The notes under the pieces are model-generated. The model saw only the letters and a list, made by a program, of their open reading frames with translations, ran no database searches and had not been told where the DNA came from. The translations under genes were made by a program, and so were the position numbers. From Sarea resinae (lineage: Eukaryota), in contig JAPEUD010000015.1 in NCBI GenBank assembly GCA_026026165.1, positions 62,001 through 126,000 of the forward strand: a stretch of 64,000 nt of DNA, given 5' to 3'. This document shows positions 49,598 to 64,000 of this stretch, one piece after another (the first letter of the stretch is position 1; every line of letters begins with the position of its first letter).

Positions 49598-52500
49598 ATG
49601 GACGAAGACTTTGATCAATCTCCGGAGGTGGACGACGATGATGCGCTTGTCCTCCAATTGTCCAGCCACACTCAAAGTCAAGATCAGTCCAACGCCTCAA
49701 AGAGCCCTTCGTTCCCCCAGTCTGACTATCGCCATTCGTCCGTCTCGACACTCGGCCGTTCATTGAGTAATAACGGACTGCCAGCGAGAAGACCGTCCCT
49801 ACCAGATGGCGACCAAGAAACACTGCATCCTCGGCCACGCGATGCTGGGACCATCGATCCACAACAGTTTCGCCAGCAATTATATGGCGCCGTATACGAC
49901 TCCCCCCCCTCTTCTGCCATAGAATCTCGCCTTTCCAGCGTTGCGACAGATCAGCAGAATGAATCTCATGCTCCTTACCCTCCTCTCAAAGAACGTGCAC
50001 TGCCTCCCAGAGACGTCACGGATGATACGATTGATGATGCCTACGTTGCTTTTATACTCTATTGCAATCCGAGTGTTCCACTCTCGTCAGACTCGACTGC
50101 GCTGAGGAATAGCTTCCGCTCTCCACCACGAAGCGATGGCAAGAGCTTTAGTACTTATACCTTGCTAGAACTAATCAAAAGGCTCGAGAGCAAGGATATC
50201 AAAACATGGACACAGTTGGCGATTGAGCTAGGAGTAGAGCCGCCAGACAAGGAGAAGAACCAGAGCACACAGAAGGTGCAGCAGTACGCGGTGAGACTGA
50301 AGGTAGGCAGTAATATCGCCATAGACGAGTCGCTGGTAGGTTGCGTTTGCCGTACTAACAAACACGATAGCGCTGGATGCATGCGATGCATGTAGACGCC
50401 TTTTTTGAATACTGCCAAGGGAAACCTCACCCATATTATACGCAGCTTCCCTCCAGCGACGACCCTCATCCAGAGAATGGTAGAGATGGTGTGCCAATAG
50501 AGGAGGACCTCGCAGTCCGTGCTCTACTCCCAGAGTTCCGACCCAAGCGCGGCCGACGGAAAACAGAAAATACAGAAAATGAGAATGATCAGGACGAGTC
50601 AACACCAAAAAGACCTCGTCTGGATACGTCTGTAGGGTCCGCTGACGCCGACTTTGAAAGCGCGCACTCGGCACTCTTCCCCAGCAGTGCCATTCCATCG
50701 AGCGCGCATCCTGACGGCATGGGCCAGTTTATGGATCATCTCCGCTGGCCTAGTAATTCTGCCATAACCCCTAATACCCTCAGCACTGCCAAATACCCGA
50801 CGCCGCATCCGATGTCTGCTACACCGACCGCCGGTATACAGTTCAAATGGCGCCTCAACGAACCCACGCTCAACACTGCGCCATCAACCCCTCATCCACT
50901 CTCCGCCATCACACCCGCATCTGCCTATCCTCCCGATTCGGCCTTTGAAGAACCCCAGTCTGCCGTCACTCCCTCCGGTCGAGGAAGGCCTCGCCGCAAA
51001 CATGGACCTGCAGTCTCATCAGCCTGGCCAGGTAGCATAAATTCCCTGACGGGAAAATTCAGGGGAAGACCGCCTAATAATCGATCTGTCCGAGACGGGC
51101 CGTTTTCGACATTTTCAGTCAACCTGAAGGGAAAAGACGAGCCTGGGGTGGACTCTGGAGGAGGCAGGCCACCCGTCGCTGCTGGGACTCCCAACATACG
51201 ACAAGGGTTCTCCTCGAGCCCCTCACACCCTTTTTCTGGCTATGCAAAGAATGCAGAGGCCCTTCCTACTCCTCCACCACTCACCGCACAACCGGGGAGG
51301 CCAAGCCGCTTGCAGGTGCAAGTCCCTCAGCACACGGGCGGAAAGGTGCAGCTCGTAACTCCTACGCTCCTCGTCAATGGCGAAAGCAACGACGCCTCCA
51401 CGAAAACCCATAACCAACACCTCTCCCCTTCGTCTTTCTTCCGCGAGCCACAAGAGCCGGCGAGTGCGCACCATCCTCAGCAGTCTCAGCATATGACCAT
51501 TCAGAACAGTCATCCCGCACAGCTCAGTGCCACTCCCACCACCGCCTCCACCGCTACCTCTCCGCAAATCCGCGCCGCCAACGAGCGACATCTCCCTCCC
51601 CGCACCTCTGACCTCGAAAACCTCATCTCCGCCCGCCTCCTCACCACCAAACCCACCAACGGCCTCTCTCCCATCCCCTTGACAGAAGCCAAGATCCTTG
51701 CGCGCGAAATCCTCAGATCTCTGCGGTCAGGGCTTGGAGGTCCGACGCCGCCGCCTCCACCCCCTTCGTTATCGACGGGCGTGACAGAGGAATCGTACCT
51801 CGCTACTGCGGCGGCGGCGGCGTGGTTGGGGTTTTACGACACTGCAGCATCGACGTCATCGTCCTCGTCCTCGTCCTCGGGAATCCCGGCTTCACCCGCG
51901 ACAGTGACGGGGACCAGGGGCGGCGTCATGCGAGAGCTCAGCCTCAGCATTCAACGTCGAGGAAATGTGCAGATTCCAAGTGGCAGTGGATCTCTGCGTC
52001 CCCAGACCCTTTCTCAGAAAGAGATTCCGAAGCAGAGTGGGAACCATAAATCGCCACCGCTATCGAACACCGCCAACGCCAACGGAGCCCGAAACGCGCT
52101 CGAGAGTCCACGCACGCATCATCGCGCTCTAGTTCCTCCTTCCACACCCACCACTACCACCGCGATGACCAGCACCGACGGTACAGCAGCAGCCGTAGAG
52201 ACTCCTCCTGTACTAAAGGACACCAATTCGACGACCACGTACCACCTGACATGGACGACGCAATCTTATGGCCTGACAGGACGGATCTCTCTCCACGTTT
52301 CTCTTCCCCTCTGTCCCGCCGGTCCCAGCCCCTCAAACGCTTCCCAGTCGCAACCTCTACACCTCCCGCCCCGGCCGTCGTCGACAGAACCATCTCCGTC
52401 GCTATCGCTATCGCCGACGCTATCGCGCTCACCCCATCCTCATCCCAATCCTAGCGCCAAAGCCACATCCAGCATCTCCAACGGGCACGCGCGGTCCCTC

Positions 52501-52701
52501 TCGTCACCTGCCGCACCCGCCGGCCCGGCGGACGTGGAAAGGGACGGCAAGGCGAAGGAGATGCAGACGCAGACGGGGACGGAGACGGAGACGGGAACGG
52601 AGGACTGGAGACGGAAATACGAGGACGTGTGCGCCGTGCTGCGCGAAAAGGAAGACGAGATCTGGCGACTCAGACGGGGCGTTCTGGACGCGGTGATGTG
52701 A
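49598..52701 (+). CDS. abp2: ARS-binding protein 2 (Abp2) family protein
   Basis: DDAYVAFILYCNP...FRSPPRSDGKSF...TWTQLAIELGVEPP...QKVQQYAVRLK|RWMHAMHVDAFFEY; AT-hook-like PKRGRRK and KFRGRPP; intron 50303-50370. Confidence 0.9.
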
Positions 52702-53790
52702 TGTGATGTGATGTGCTGCTATGAGTGTGATAGCTATGAAAGTGATGTGACGGGATGGCATACCGTGCATTTTCTCGCGTTCTGACACCTTCGCTGCTGC
52801 TGCTGCTGCTGCTGCTGCTACTTACCTCTGATTTCGAATTCTGGGTCACGATCAAAGGCTAGGGACAAGGGGGCCGTAGTTTCGATACTCGCGTTCATAT
52901 CCACATTCGCATTCGCATCCACATCGCCCGTTGCCTTGCCCCTGGCGTCTTTTTCTGATGAACTGGGTTTTATCTATCTTCTATTGGTGTTTGATATCAT
53001 TCCACATGATTTGATTTGATTTGATTTCCTCTTATTATTGATTTGCATTGGGTTGGTGCAGTGTGGTTCAGTTTGGCTTGGATGAGCTTGGATTGAATTG
53101 GATTGGATTGGATTGGATTGGTCTTAGTTTAGATTGAATGAGATGAGATGAGATGAGATGGGATCGGTTTAGTTTCTTCAGCTGATTTGGCTGATCTAGT
53201 TGATCTATTATAGCTAGTTGTTTACGGTTTACCACCTATACCTATCTATCTATCTATCTGAAAACTGTCTATCTACAAACCGATCTACAAACCGATCTAC
53301 CTACCTGATTACCTGACCACCTCTCTAGGTACGAACCTGTCTACAAACCTATCTACCTACCTACCTACCTACCTAACTGTCTAACTACCTATCTCCCTCT
53401 CTTTTTCCCTACTAAGCTACTACTAAGCTACTAATAAGCTACTAACCTACCTATATCTCTCTCTACCTCTCTACCGCCCTACCTACAAACCTCTCTCGCT
53501 CTAGATAGTCTCTGTAAATCTCTCTAGAACCTCTCTTGGAAAGGGTACTCACAGGCGGGGTTGGGGTTGGGGTTTCGAAGTCCTTGGATTCATTCATTCA
53601 TTCATTCATTCATTGATTCATTCGGTTCTTTTGGGCGCAAATTTTGAGGGTTTTTTTCTTTTCTTTTTTCTTTTTTCTCCTCAGCTATGGATTCATTTTC
53701 GGGTCGGATATATAAAAAGAGAGGGGAGGGATACTATGTATACCCTGCCCACTTACCCACCTACATCCCCGCCCCCACATCTAATCAAGC
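52702..53790. repeat. Low-complexity/microsatellite island 5 at a convergent gene junction
   Basis: (GATGT)n, (GCT)n, (GATTT/GATTG)n, (GAGAT)n, (CTAT)n, (CTAC)n, ctactaagcta repeats, (ATTC)n; TpA-rich core ~53200-53530. Confidence 0.9.
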
Positions 53791-53792
53791 CA

Positions 53793-56700
53793 TCACAGCG
53801 CCGCTGGGTTTGAAAACTTGAAGATGACTGAGACTCGCGCGAGCTCTTGTTCGCGTGAGAACGGGACGCCGCGGCCTTCTCGGTCGTGGTATTCGTCTTC
53901 TCCTTCTTCTCGTTCTGCTCGGTCTGCTTCTCGTTTCTGGCTGCGTTCTTGCTCCTCGTCGTCGGATTCGTCTGAAAGTGACCCCAAGACACACGCCCGC
54001 CACGCCCGCTCGACGTCCACCCTCAGATCCGTCCGATCGGCAAAGTCCCAGTAGTGTGCGCCGAGGTCCTTGTCCTGGAGCTGAACGCTCATGTCATAGA
54101 CCCCATTCCCTTCGGGCCCTGCGACTCCTTCGGCCTTTTTGGCCCCGTCGACCCCTTTGGGCGCAGGAAACGCCGGCAGGCCGAAAAACCGGACCGCCAA
54201 GACGCCCAGCGCGCAGAGGGAAACCTCATAGACGACCTCGCCGGGCCGGTGGATGATCGTCTCGCACCGAATGGCCGCTGCGCCGGTGAACTTGTCGATC
54301 AGGCCCAGGGGCGCGGCGCTGATGGAAAGCACCTGCTTGGGGTGGGGGACCTCAGCCTGGGCAGAAGTGTGTGGGATGGAGACGGAAAAGGACGTCAAGG
54401 GTGTAAAGGTGAGGATGTCCCATGATTTGGGCGGAAGCCGGACGGTGAGGAGTCGGTTGTGGTTACGGTTGTGGTTCTGCTCTGCGTCGTACGGCTCGTC
54501 TAGTATGCCGTATTTCTGACTCCGGATGACATAGTAGTCCTCAGGGATACCAAAATCCGGGATGTCCGAGATGCGGAAGAGGTCACGCAGGGGTACAGGA
54601 GAGGTGTTGAAGATGCCGAGAAGCAAGGTTGGCTGGGGTGCAGGAAGATCGGAGCTAGTTATTCTGGCTGGGATCGGTCTGGGATCCGTGGAGGCGGGTG
54701 CATGGATCGTAACACGGCGAAGGACCTGTGTGGAGATTTTCAGGAGTTTGGAGCACTTATACGCTTGATAGGGGTCGGATGTAGAGGCGAGGCCTGGTCG
54801 TAATGAAACACTGTGGCCCTGAAGCGAGGGCGCGGTGATCTGATTGAGCAATGGAATATCGTGCTTCCCCGGAGTGTCTGTGATGAATATTGGCCCACCA
54901 GAGAGACAACGAGCGGCTGCGTGATAAGATGCGTAATCCGAGAGGGACGTCTCAAACATGTCCCAGTCTAGAATGGCGACGTCGAGCTTAGTACTGGCGC
55001 TACTGGAGGTTCAAAATGACGAACCTGGAATGAGATTCATGTGTCTGAAGAGACACATGTTCATAGAATTGGCAAAGACATGCCAGGCGTGACTCTCAGG
55101 CACATGAGGATAGAAGTCATCAGAGGTTCTGTTCTTATAAGCTGACTGGTATATTTCGATCATGGCAAAACATTACCTGAAGAAAGGAGTATGTAGATCC
55201 GAGTCGAGCAAAGAGTACTGGAGTATTTGAGGCACGTGGGCCATGCAGACTATCAAGCGTCCACCAAGATGTTTCTTGCCTGTGTCCTGTCAACTAAATC
55301 CTTCAACGGTCGATAAAGGCATACTGCTAGCGAAGAGGGCGTCTTGGTATGCCGATAGCAGTCTTCCGGTATCATGACCATATTTCAGTTCATCGAAACG
55401 GCATTGCACATCGACCTTGACGCAATCTATACCACAGGATGATAGATACCTGAAAAACGTCAGTCACGAACAGGGCTCCAGACGGAATCCTTACTGATAA
55501 AACTCATCATATAGCCTTCCCACATCCGAGGCATCCACAAAGCGGAGCTGTTTCTCGGTGGCATTTACGTTGTCCTTCCAGACGCAGTCAACGGTTCGAT
55601 ATTCCTTATCAATCTCTCTTCCAGGAGTGATCCCGTCCCAGTATCCATGTAGCGCATGCCAGACTCCTATGTGACGGATATAACGATACTTGGCCCGTAT
55701 CGTTGACACGAGTCCCTTTAAGCCCCCAACGGAGTCGAAGTTGCTGTTGGCAGCAAATGATGACCACGTCCCAGAAGATGTGTAGCGAGCATTGTCCAGA
55801 GTCTGCCAATTGTCGTCGATGATCAAATTGCAAATTCGTATGCCACTCCTATCGAGTGAAGCTAATGCATGCAATATCTTGTCTGCAAACAGATCAGCAC
55901 CAAGAGAGTTCCAGGTGCAGTATGACAACCCAGAAAGCCACTGCTCGCGATTCTCGAGATAAGACGGAAACGTTTCTTTTCCTTTCTCTTCTTTCTCTTC
56001 TTCAAAGTCAAGCTATAGTATTTACTTAGCAAAGAATCTCATTGAAAAGGCAGAGAAAGTTCGTCGCTCACCGTGTCAAGATGCAATTCTGGGCTTAAAG
56101 AGACTCCCGAGCTGGAGGAATCTGAGGCATGTTTCCTTGACTTCATCAGCTCCGCGGCATACTCTATAACACCCTCAAGTGCAGAGCGTGCATCCTGCGC
56201 TATTGCCACAAGGCAGCTAGCCTGACTGCCAATATCTTTGGATCCCGGCAGATATTCTCTCTTTATTCGCCACACGATCTCACCTAGCTGACCTTGTTGG
56301 CCATTTTGGAGGTCGTCATTTTCGCTAACGCCAGAGGAAAGATACGATGAGCATGTGGGAAGCCCTTCTTTCGTAGGCATGCCCGAGACGGGCAGCATGG
56401 CGACGTGCACCCCATCTTTGCGCTGGAACAGTAAGAGCAGACAATCCTTTTCGGTCGTAAATGTACTGCCCCCATGAACGGGGCCCATCCACGGACTAGC
56501 GATCTTGGCCAGAGCCATCCAGTGTTCGAGGAGACGCGGTCTCCCAAGGGAAAGCTCCCTCGTCTGCTTCGTTTCGTCGACATCAATATCACGTCTGTCA
56601 AAGATAATCTCATGGAGCGAAGCCCGTATGCAAAATAATCCGATTCTAGGGAGTCTCGGCCCATCCATCCTTTCAACACTACAGACTGAACTTCCCTTTG

Positions 56701-57237
56701 TAAAGATATCTGCTGGTTCAAAGTTCGGTTTGCCCTCATCGAGATTCTTTTCAGGCATGTCTCGGACGATGATACGGCCATCGGCAGCTCCGATTCGACT
56801 TCCTGACCACAACCAAGGCCCATCACCAAATCGGTATTTGAGGCAAAATTGCAGAGGGTCTTTTCCAGTGTATCTCAGGTCCAGATTGAAGAGCTCGGAT
56901 CGGAAAGAGCCAAGTTGATCCCCGGTGACACTCAGGTCCTTCTAACCGCGGATCAGACCTGATCGTCAAAGACAGCCCATTGGAGCCTCTAGCTCACCAA
57001 TATATGAGATGATACGCTGTCCGATAGCCGCTCGAATGGAGCAGGTTTCCAGCCCCCTCTCCCATCAACGCTCCACCAAAGTAAAGCAGTGAAATGCCCT
57101 TCTACCGGGGGCGAATCTGGAGGACAGTTCAATTCCAACAAACACGTGAAGTTGATGATTCCCCCCTGGTCCCTCTCGACGGTAGTAGTATGACCGAGAG
57201 GAGGTAATAAGGTTGGCGTGAAGATGAGTTCAGACAT
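53793..57237 (-). CDS. Glycoside hydrolase family 36, raffinose synthase/Sip1-like (alkaline alpha-galactosidase), multi-exon
   Basis: YCTWNSLG, LIIDDNWQ, VWHALHGYW, VKVDVQ, SDDFYP..SHAWHVFANSMN, P|DWDMF, AARCLSGGPIFITDTPGKH, PLGLIDKFTGAAAI. Confidence 0.92.
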
Positions 57238-58003
57238 TGTGCCTCATTTAAAGATAGAAGAGGCAAGACATGAGTAAGGAGAGTGCTCAAGGAGAAAAAA
57301 GATCTGCCCTACCGCCCTACCGCCCTACCGATGCAATTTATCTTCTGATCGTTGATCTGAAAGGTAGGCACAGGTATAAGTCAGAGGGTTTGCTCGAGAT
57401 GGCGTTGCACATCGATACTCAGGCTCTACAATCCAAACAATGAGATGACGGTTGACTGTGCACGATTGATGGATGAGCGATCTGACCAGACGAGGTAGGG
57501 TGTATGCAGGACAGCTGGCAGTCAAGCGTCTGCAGTCGCCATGATAGTGCGCTACCACCTCCGGGCTTGACGATGATCGATTGGGCGCAAAGTGGAAGTC
57601 TAATGTGCGCAATGCTGACGACTTCGTATGAGAAGTCCACGGGTATAATTGAGAATATGTCCTGTCGTCTTGGGGCTCTTACAGCCGTATTGGTGCCTTC
57701 CAGCTCTTCAACTTGACGAGTCCACAGGTATGACGCCATCTGCGAGGTCACAACAATGGACTGCTCTCACGATTTTCGAAGATTCGACTGGACCCGAGAA
57801 ACGTTGCACCGAACGCACGAGCTGTGCATTGCTAACATATACGAAGTGCTTCCGACACAGGTTACTACGGATCGTTTCGTCTTGTCTATCAACTACCGGA
57901 GATCTATTGCACAGTATTCCACAGAAATCTATCGTCGCGGCGATGCCTGGATAGCACAGCCCTCTCTCGGCCTCGTTCCAGCGTCCTCCGTGTCTCACGC
58001 AGC

Positions 58004-59235
58004 TCAAGAGAACAGATCCCGGAACACCCCGAGCGCCGGCTTTTCTTCAGCCGTGAATGCATCGTACAAGCCGGAATCCAGACCGCCAAATGCTGCAGCG
58101 ACTTGCAAACCACGCTGACGCTCTTCCTCGACACGCTCCGGAGTCCACGCAATATCTGTATCTACGCCCGTCTGTTCGCTGACTCTGTCCGGTATAAGCA
58201 CGCCGTCAAGACTCTGTTCCGCGCTGAGCTCCGGTATAGCCCCACCAGTGGCCTTGCCATTACTTGAAGCAAAATCGGCAATGGAGGTAGATATATAGTT
58301 CTCGGGTAGGAGCCCCGCGGCCGAGATCAATTTCTCCGGGGGAATGGTCATGCGACCTTTCTTCAAGACGTATTTCGCTATAGATGATGCCAAGATTGCA
58401 GGATGAGGTTGCGGTCCTTGTTCAGAAGCAGCCGTTCCGTTGACCTGAGAGGTAGCGTGGCCATTGCTACCAACAGCGGGGGACTTATTGTTTGTTTTCT
58501 GCTTGCGCACGCTCTTTCTCCCCGCGAACAATGCATCGTACCAACTTCGATTGCTCGCCGATTGTAGGCTGTACCCCTTTGGGACTACCGTGCCGGCGCG
58601 GACAACGTGGCTGACAAAGTAGATCCACTTGCGATCCCAGCAAAGCACTCGAGTCCAGATCTCAAACTTCTCATAAGGCTTGATCTCGCGGCGAAACGAG
58701 CAATGGATGCCGCCAAGCATGATGGCGAATTTGCCGCCCAACCAACCTCCCTTTTCCTCCGCGGCCAAAGCCGCAAATCCCTTGCGAAACAAGGTTGCGA
58801 CGACATGTGTACGGCTGACGTCCAAGTCGCTGAAGTAAGTGCTATTGGACTTGTGTAGATTGTAATCGCATTCGAGCGCCGGCGTGCGTGAGCTCGTTAT
58901 CAATGGCAGGAACAGCATTGCAGGTGTGGGGTCGGCTGGTCTGAGATATAATTGGTAGACTAGGGCATTAAATATACGAATCTAGGCTCTTGTCAGCTCT
59001 AGGAATCGAGAAGATCGGATCGGATAGCGTCCGGGAAGATACATACGTGCCAGACAAAGGGAAGATTCTTGACATTGAGGAGTGCCAGGACCAGGGCCGC
59101 AAGCTTCCAATAGCCACCCGGTGCGTCGAAGAATGAGAAGACCTGGCTGTATTCGGCTCGGAGGGCCACGAAAACAGCGGCGACAGCCAGCAATCCTGCC
59201 GCTGGGAGGATGACAGGGTTGGTCGCGGAAGACAT
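58004..59235 (-). CDS. THEM6-like hotdog-fold thioesterase family protein
   Basis: Hydrophobic N-terminus, NVKNLPFVWH|IR; ECDYNLHKSNSTYFSDLD; FRREIKPYEKFEIWTRVLCWDRKW. Confidence 0.85.
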
Positions 59236-59939
59236 GTCGAAACGCGGTGATGTCGGTCTATGTAAGTAGCATCAAGGAGGAGAGCGTTTCCTTATCAACG
59301 GCGCATTGGGAGAGATCAATGAAGGAGAGCGGCTTCAGTGAGCCACGATGTTTCCCCGCGTGCTTGCTTCAATCGTTATATGCTTCTCCTCCAACGCTGG
59401 TGAGCCGTCCTCTCAGCTCCACTGTAATTGCTTATGCGTTGATGACAGTCATCAGTTGGCTGCCCTGTTGGACCCTCGCACCTCGCAAAGAAGCAAGCCA
59501 AGCAAGCACTTTACGCGAATCCCTGGGAATCCCAACAGTTGGCGATGGCATTTCGTTGCCGAGGTTCAGATGATTATCATCGCTCAGGAACCACCGGCCT
59601 AAGAGGATAGATCTCCGACGCTACTCAGCTTAGGCGCAGTCGCAACATGTCACGACATGTCACTACATGCCTCCTTCAGCTCAGATATAAAGACGATCCT
59701 ACGTCCTCGATGAAGCAGGCCAGATAAATCAGCAGAGACGCCTCTAGCCATTCATGCGCACCTATACAAAAGATAAGATAAGGCGGAACCTGCGAAGAGT
59801 AGAGTGTCGCTATGCTAGCATTATCATGTATGATTTCTTCAAGACGTGTACATAAACCCTCATATCTCGCTATGACCAGGAAACCGACCCGACACATACG
59901 CGCATACGCACGGGGAACAATAAGTCCCGGAACAAAAAA

Positions 59940-62849
59940 TCATATATCATCAATGTCGTCATCGTCGCCATTTCGCCGGGCTTGCCTCCCCTCGCCATCC
60001 AGCGTGTGCATGCTGATCCCATCACTATCGTCCGTAGATCGGCGTCCAGACATGGCCATGGCCTGTCGGCCTGTGTCCGAAGACTCCAAAAACTCGCGCA
60101 GGCGCTCCTTTCCAACTTCTAGAGCCTGCTGCGATGCCGCGTTGGTCATACGTATCATCGGACCCCAGAGGTTAAGCGTGTACGTGGTATACGCTCCTAC
60201 CGCAAGAAGGATGAGGAAAATGAAGTAGACTGGGTTGCGAAGAACTAAAACTCCAGGTTAGCAAATTTGAGTCCTAGTCTCTAATGACTTCAATGACCAA
60301 CCTGCAACAATCTCATTCCAGCCGAGAGCCAAGAGCAGACCGTAAAAGTATAGAGGCACCTGCGTGATGCCACCTATAGCGCTTCTCTTTGCCTCCACAT
60401 ACACACCATCGGCAGTCTTCTTGAAACGGACACTGAGGTCTTGTCGCTTGGCGTCACTCAATACAGTCATCTCTTCCTCTAGGCTCTTGCCTTCTTCCTC
60501 ATCGACACCGCCAATAGGACTTAGATCTTCTTCGTCGGCTGGAGTCACGGAAGCTGGAGCGTCACCGATCCAAGCATCCAGAGGTGGTGGCGCCGAAGTG
60601 GCCGAGAGCCGGAACCGTGAAAGAAGAGGAATCAGCGTCAGAGTCGATTCTCTTGCTACCGTATAGATTCCTTCGATATCATCTGTAGGTCTCCAAATTC
60701 GAGGCACACCGGAATCGTCGTAGCGGAACTTATCTTCGAAGCTGTAGCAGAATTAGTATCTTCCCGTGTTCCGTGGGATATGAAGCTCGACGTACTTCTC
60801 TCTCAACTTCAGCAAAATATTCCCCTCCATGACCTCTTCGTCGATCTTGGCCCTTAGGGCGCCCCATGATTTCCGCCTCAGCCGCCATAGGCCAACCTCA
60901 ACCTCTTCGGGACTGGCATCGAAGCTCTTGGCCCGATCTGTGAATCTGCCCTCTGCATCGTCAACAGTATTGGTGAAGACATTCCATACCCGATCCCAGA
61001 GATCCTTCTCGGTTGTAGGCTTCTCCCCGGTTTCGGGTGCCCCAGATCCGCCTCTCCCTGAGCCAAGCTTGTTGAATTCCAATCCAACACTTTCATTCAG
61101 GCGCGATTTGACCCATCGTTCGACTCGAGTAGCCAGTCTGCGCATCTCCTCCCTCCTCAACCTCCCGCTCACTTCATCAAGGTCCTTTTGATACAAGACC
61201 CTCTCCTGCTTGTAATTGCTCCAAGCTGTTCCGTCGACCATGACAGCTCTAGCGACCTTCTCGAAGCTATTCAGAGCCGCATTCTTCTCTTTCAAGACGA
61301 TGTGGGCAAAATCGTAATTAGCCCCTTTCTTCTGTCCAGCCTTCACTGCCGTAGATACCGACTCGCTGAACTCGTTCACGCCGGATTTATGTGCAGCACT
61401 GAGCTGACCTTGGAAGAGACCTTTCAACCGCGCGTCCACCTTTCCTTCAAGTTCTGCCCTCTTTCTTGTGTATACACCCTTGTGATATCGGCTCGCTTCC
61501 GTTTCGAAGTCTTTGATGACCTGAGCCCTTGCCGACCGCATAGCCTCTCCAAGCTCCTTCAAGATCACGGGTGCCCCTGTTTTGGCGGCATCCGATTGTT
61601 TCGTTTCGAATGGAACAATAGTTTCATCGAAAGCGATCAGCACCTCTCGAGAAATCTCATCGCACCTGAACTGAGCTAGCAATTCCTGCTGCGTGGGGAG
61701 ATCTAAATCTTTGTTGTTGACTATCTGATCCCAAATGCCCTCAGCATAAACCGAAAAGCCGTCCGCGGGGATACGACGATGGTATTCTGGCAGGAAGACG
61801 CCCCCCTCAAGCTCATAGTCTGCACGTATCCGGGCCTCTCGTGGACCGCGGTATCCTTCCGTAAAGCGTGTGCCCAACTTCGCCACGTCGGCGACAAATT
61901 TATCGGGCTGGAGTATTTTGTGCGGTAGCGCCGCGAAACCAAAATCGAAATAATCCTCGATCTTGGACTTCTCTAGCCCTGGAGGTTTCGACAATGAGGA
62001 CCAGATACGTTGCAGGTCTTGGATCAGGGTATCGCGGAGATTCGCGAGTGGTGTAGTACCGATGTGATCTCGAATAACAAAAAATAAGAGAGATCGGGGA
62101 GTAGAGCTACAGGGCGATTAGCAAGCAGAATATAGGGCTGGACACTCCCAATAGGCACTCACTTCTTGTCTTTCAGAAACAGTTGCAAATTAACCTCGAA
62201 CACGGTCTTGAGAAGACCCATGTTAGCGCCCTGATAGAGGCCGACCTGATGCTCCCATATGTTCACAATCAGGACCTCGCTCGTAGCAAGCGCAAACAGG
62301 GCGCTCTTGCGCTCAAAGTCCTGGTCCTCTCCGCGCTCTCTTCCGTCGGTGCCCTCGACGTCCATGACCAGAATGTTCTCGGCCATCTTCTTCAGAGCGC
62401 CTTCCTCATTTCCGCGCTTGTTCTTGGACATCCATATTCCTTTGGTCGTTTGCCGCCGTTCCGACTCGGACATGACCCCGAATTCGGTACCGAACAGGTA
62501 ATTGAGAAGCGTTGACTTTCCGGTTGATTGCGAACCAAAGACGGATATGAGGTGATAGTTGAAGCCGGCTGGTATGATCCGCTCGACGGACAGGTACGTT
62601 GGGAGATTCGGGCTGACGACGGTCGCGATCAGCATCTCTCTGCAGGGCAAAGCCACCAAACGCAACGCTGGGCACCTACTTGAACTCCTTATCCTCGTTG
62701 ATGACCTGTATGCCATGCTCATATTGCTCTCTCGTGGGCGCTTCGCCCACCGAGGCAAAGTGCGCGTTCACCGACAGAACAGATGGAGCAGTGGGATACC
62801 TATTCGGGACCGATGGCCTGTGGTTGCCGTTGGCTTGGGGAGCCGACAT
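59940..62849 (-). CDS. SEY1: Atlastin-like ER fusion GTPase Sey1/RHD3
   Basis: [14 protein letters not shown]-loop [40 protein letters not shown]-terminal TM pair [10 protein letters not shown]. Confidence 0.97.
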
Positions 62850-63515
62850 GACGGACTTTGCGATGGCAAGAGTGGCGGCGGGTTATCGGCAAAGTCTCGA
62901 CAATGGCCTGGCGGCTCGAAGGAGGAGATGAGAGGGTCTGACGCGCACAACGCAATTGTTTCGGGCGTGGAGGGACGATGTATGGCAGGTAGAGTGATGA
63001 GGCGGGCAATTGCTAAAGATTGGGGGAGGATACAGTAGGTTGAGGTCTGGACGTATTATGTACGGAGTAGGTATTATTGTTGTGAGCTTCGGTGTGTCGT
63101 AGTGTCGGGTTACTGGCTACGGGGCCGGTACCTCGCCCACTATGGGCAGACCCATACATGTACCAGGTACTTGTCCTGTCACGCTAGACTGGATTCGACC
63201 CAGGTCATCCGCCCGGGTCATGGACGCCGCTGGAGCAATCATTCCCCTCCAGACTGCGAGTATCTGCGAATATCTACGTTCACATTCATTCATAGCTATG
63301 TTGTCTGCATGTCATATGGACTTCTCTCACATTCATCTCGCATTCATCCACATCCTATACCCTCTAATCACCTCGGGAACCGGAAAGAAAGAAAAGCCTC
63401 CCCACTGTAGCTGGAGAAGAGCGGAACTACGTCAAATGGGTATCATGTACGAACGCAACGTCAAGCAGACTCGGTGACTAAGCCTCAACACTAAAGCAAT
63501 AGGCTCCCATAGTCA

Positions 63516-64000
63516 TCACTCAGGGTCCTTGTCGTGCTCGTGACTGCATGCGCTGGTAGGTCCAAAGTAATGCCGATGTGCCTCCCAGTGGTGCTGGAGG
63601 GCATCATGGAGATCGCCAGAGAATTCGTGCAGTGGGTCGACAGTGATATCCCCCGTCGAGATCTCGTCGGCCTCGTCTCCTTGGTCGATGTGATACTCCG
63701 GCGAGATGTGCGCATAGCCGGTCATCGACCATACCTGTGACGGTAGATGCGGGACCATGTCGTCCGTGTGGGTAATCCTGTAGCTTCCTCCGCTCTGCTG
63801 TTCCGTCAATCGGGCGAGATGGCCACCGCCGACACGGGGGGCTCCGTACGTGTACTGTTGAAGATGGTCAGGCACATGGCCAGCGCACCTGTGGCGGTAG
63901 ACCGAGAGCAAGGATGCTTACCAGAGTAGCAGCAGTGTGCCCCTTTCTAACATCCGCAGCGGCCAAAGTGGCAACTGCTCCTCCAAGTGAATGTCCCGTG
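63516..64000 (-). CDS. Class 3 lipase (alpha/beta hydrolase), 3' part only; 5' end lies beyond the window
   Basis: TGHSLGGAVATLAA nucleophile motif at the window edge, an intron (GTAAGC..CAG), then YTYGAPRVG, RITHTDDMVPHLP, YAHISPEY, HRHYFG. Confidence 0.9.

Overview
Gene-dense eukaryotic region from a filamentous ascomycete (Pezizomycotina-type genes, short GT..AG introns with CTRAY-like branch sites). I can support 20 protein-coding genes (one truncated at the right edge), mostly housekeeping: ERD2, SF3B2/CUS1, an SR/Pro-rich protein, an Ebp1-like protein, XRCC4-like, Byr4/Bfa1, MAK10, ATP15 (missed by the ORF track), QCR2, RPC82, a long-chain acyl-CoA synthetase, MET17/cysD, a MARVEL protein, a Raf1/Dos1-like DCAF WD40 protein, PMP47, Abp2, a GH36 Sip1-like enzyme, a THEM6-like thioesterase, SEY1 and a class 3 lipase. 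I found no intact mobile element, CRISPR array, rRNA or tRNA. Two things go beyond the gene list. (1) A ~295-nt multi-hairpin element at ~15575-15870 (minus strand) has box H/ACA snoRNA architecture. (2) All five convergent (3'-3') gene junctions, roughly 10 kb apart, hold 1-2 kb microsatellite islands with a CpA/TpG->TpA (RIP-like) signature. The neighbouring gene ends show raised GC3, expanded last introns and low-complexity protein insertions. Gene identities come from motif recognition by eye, not from database searches.
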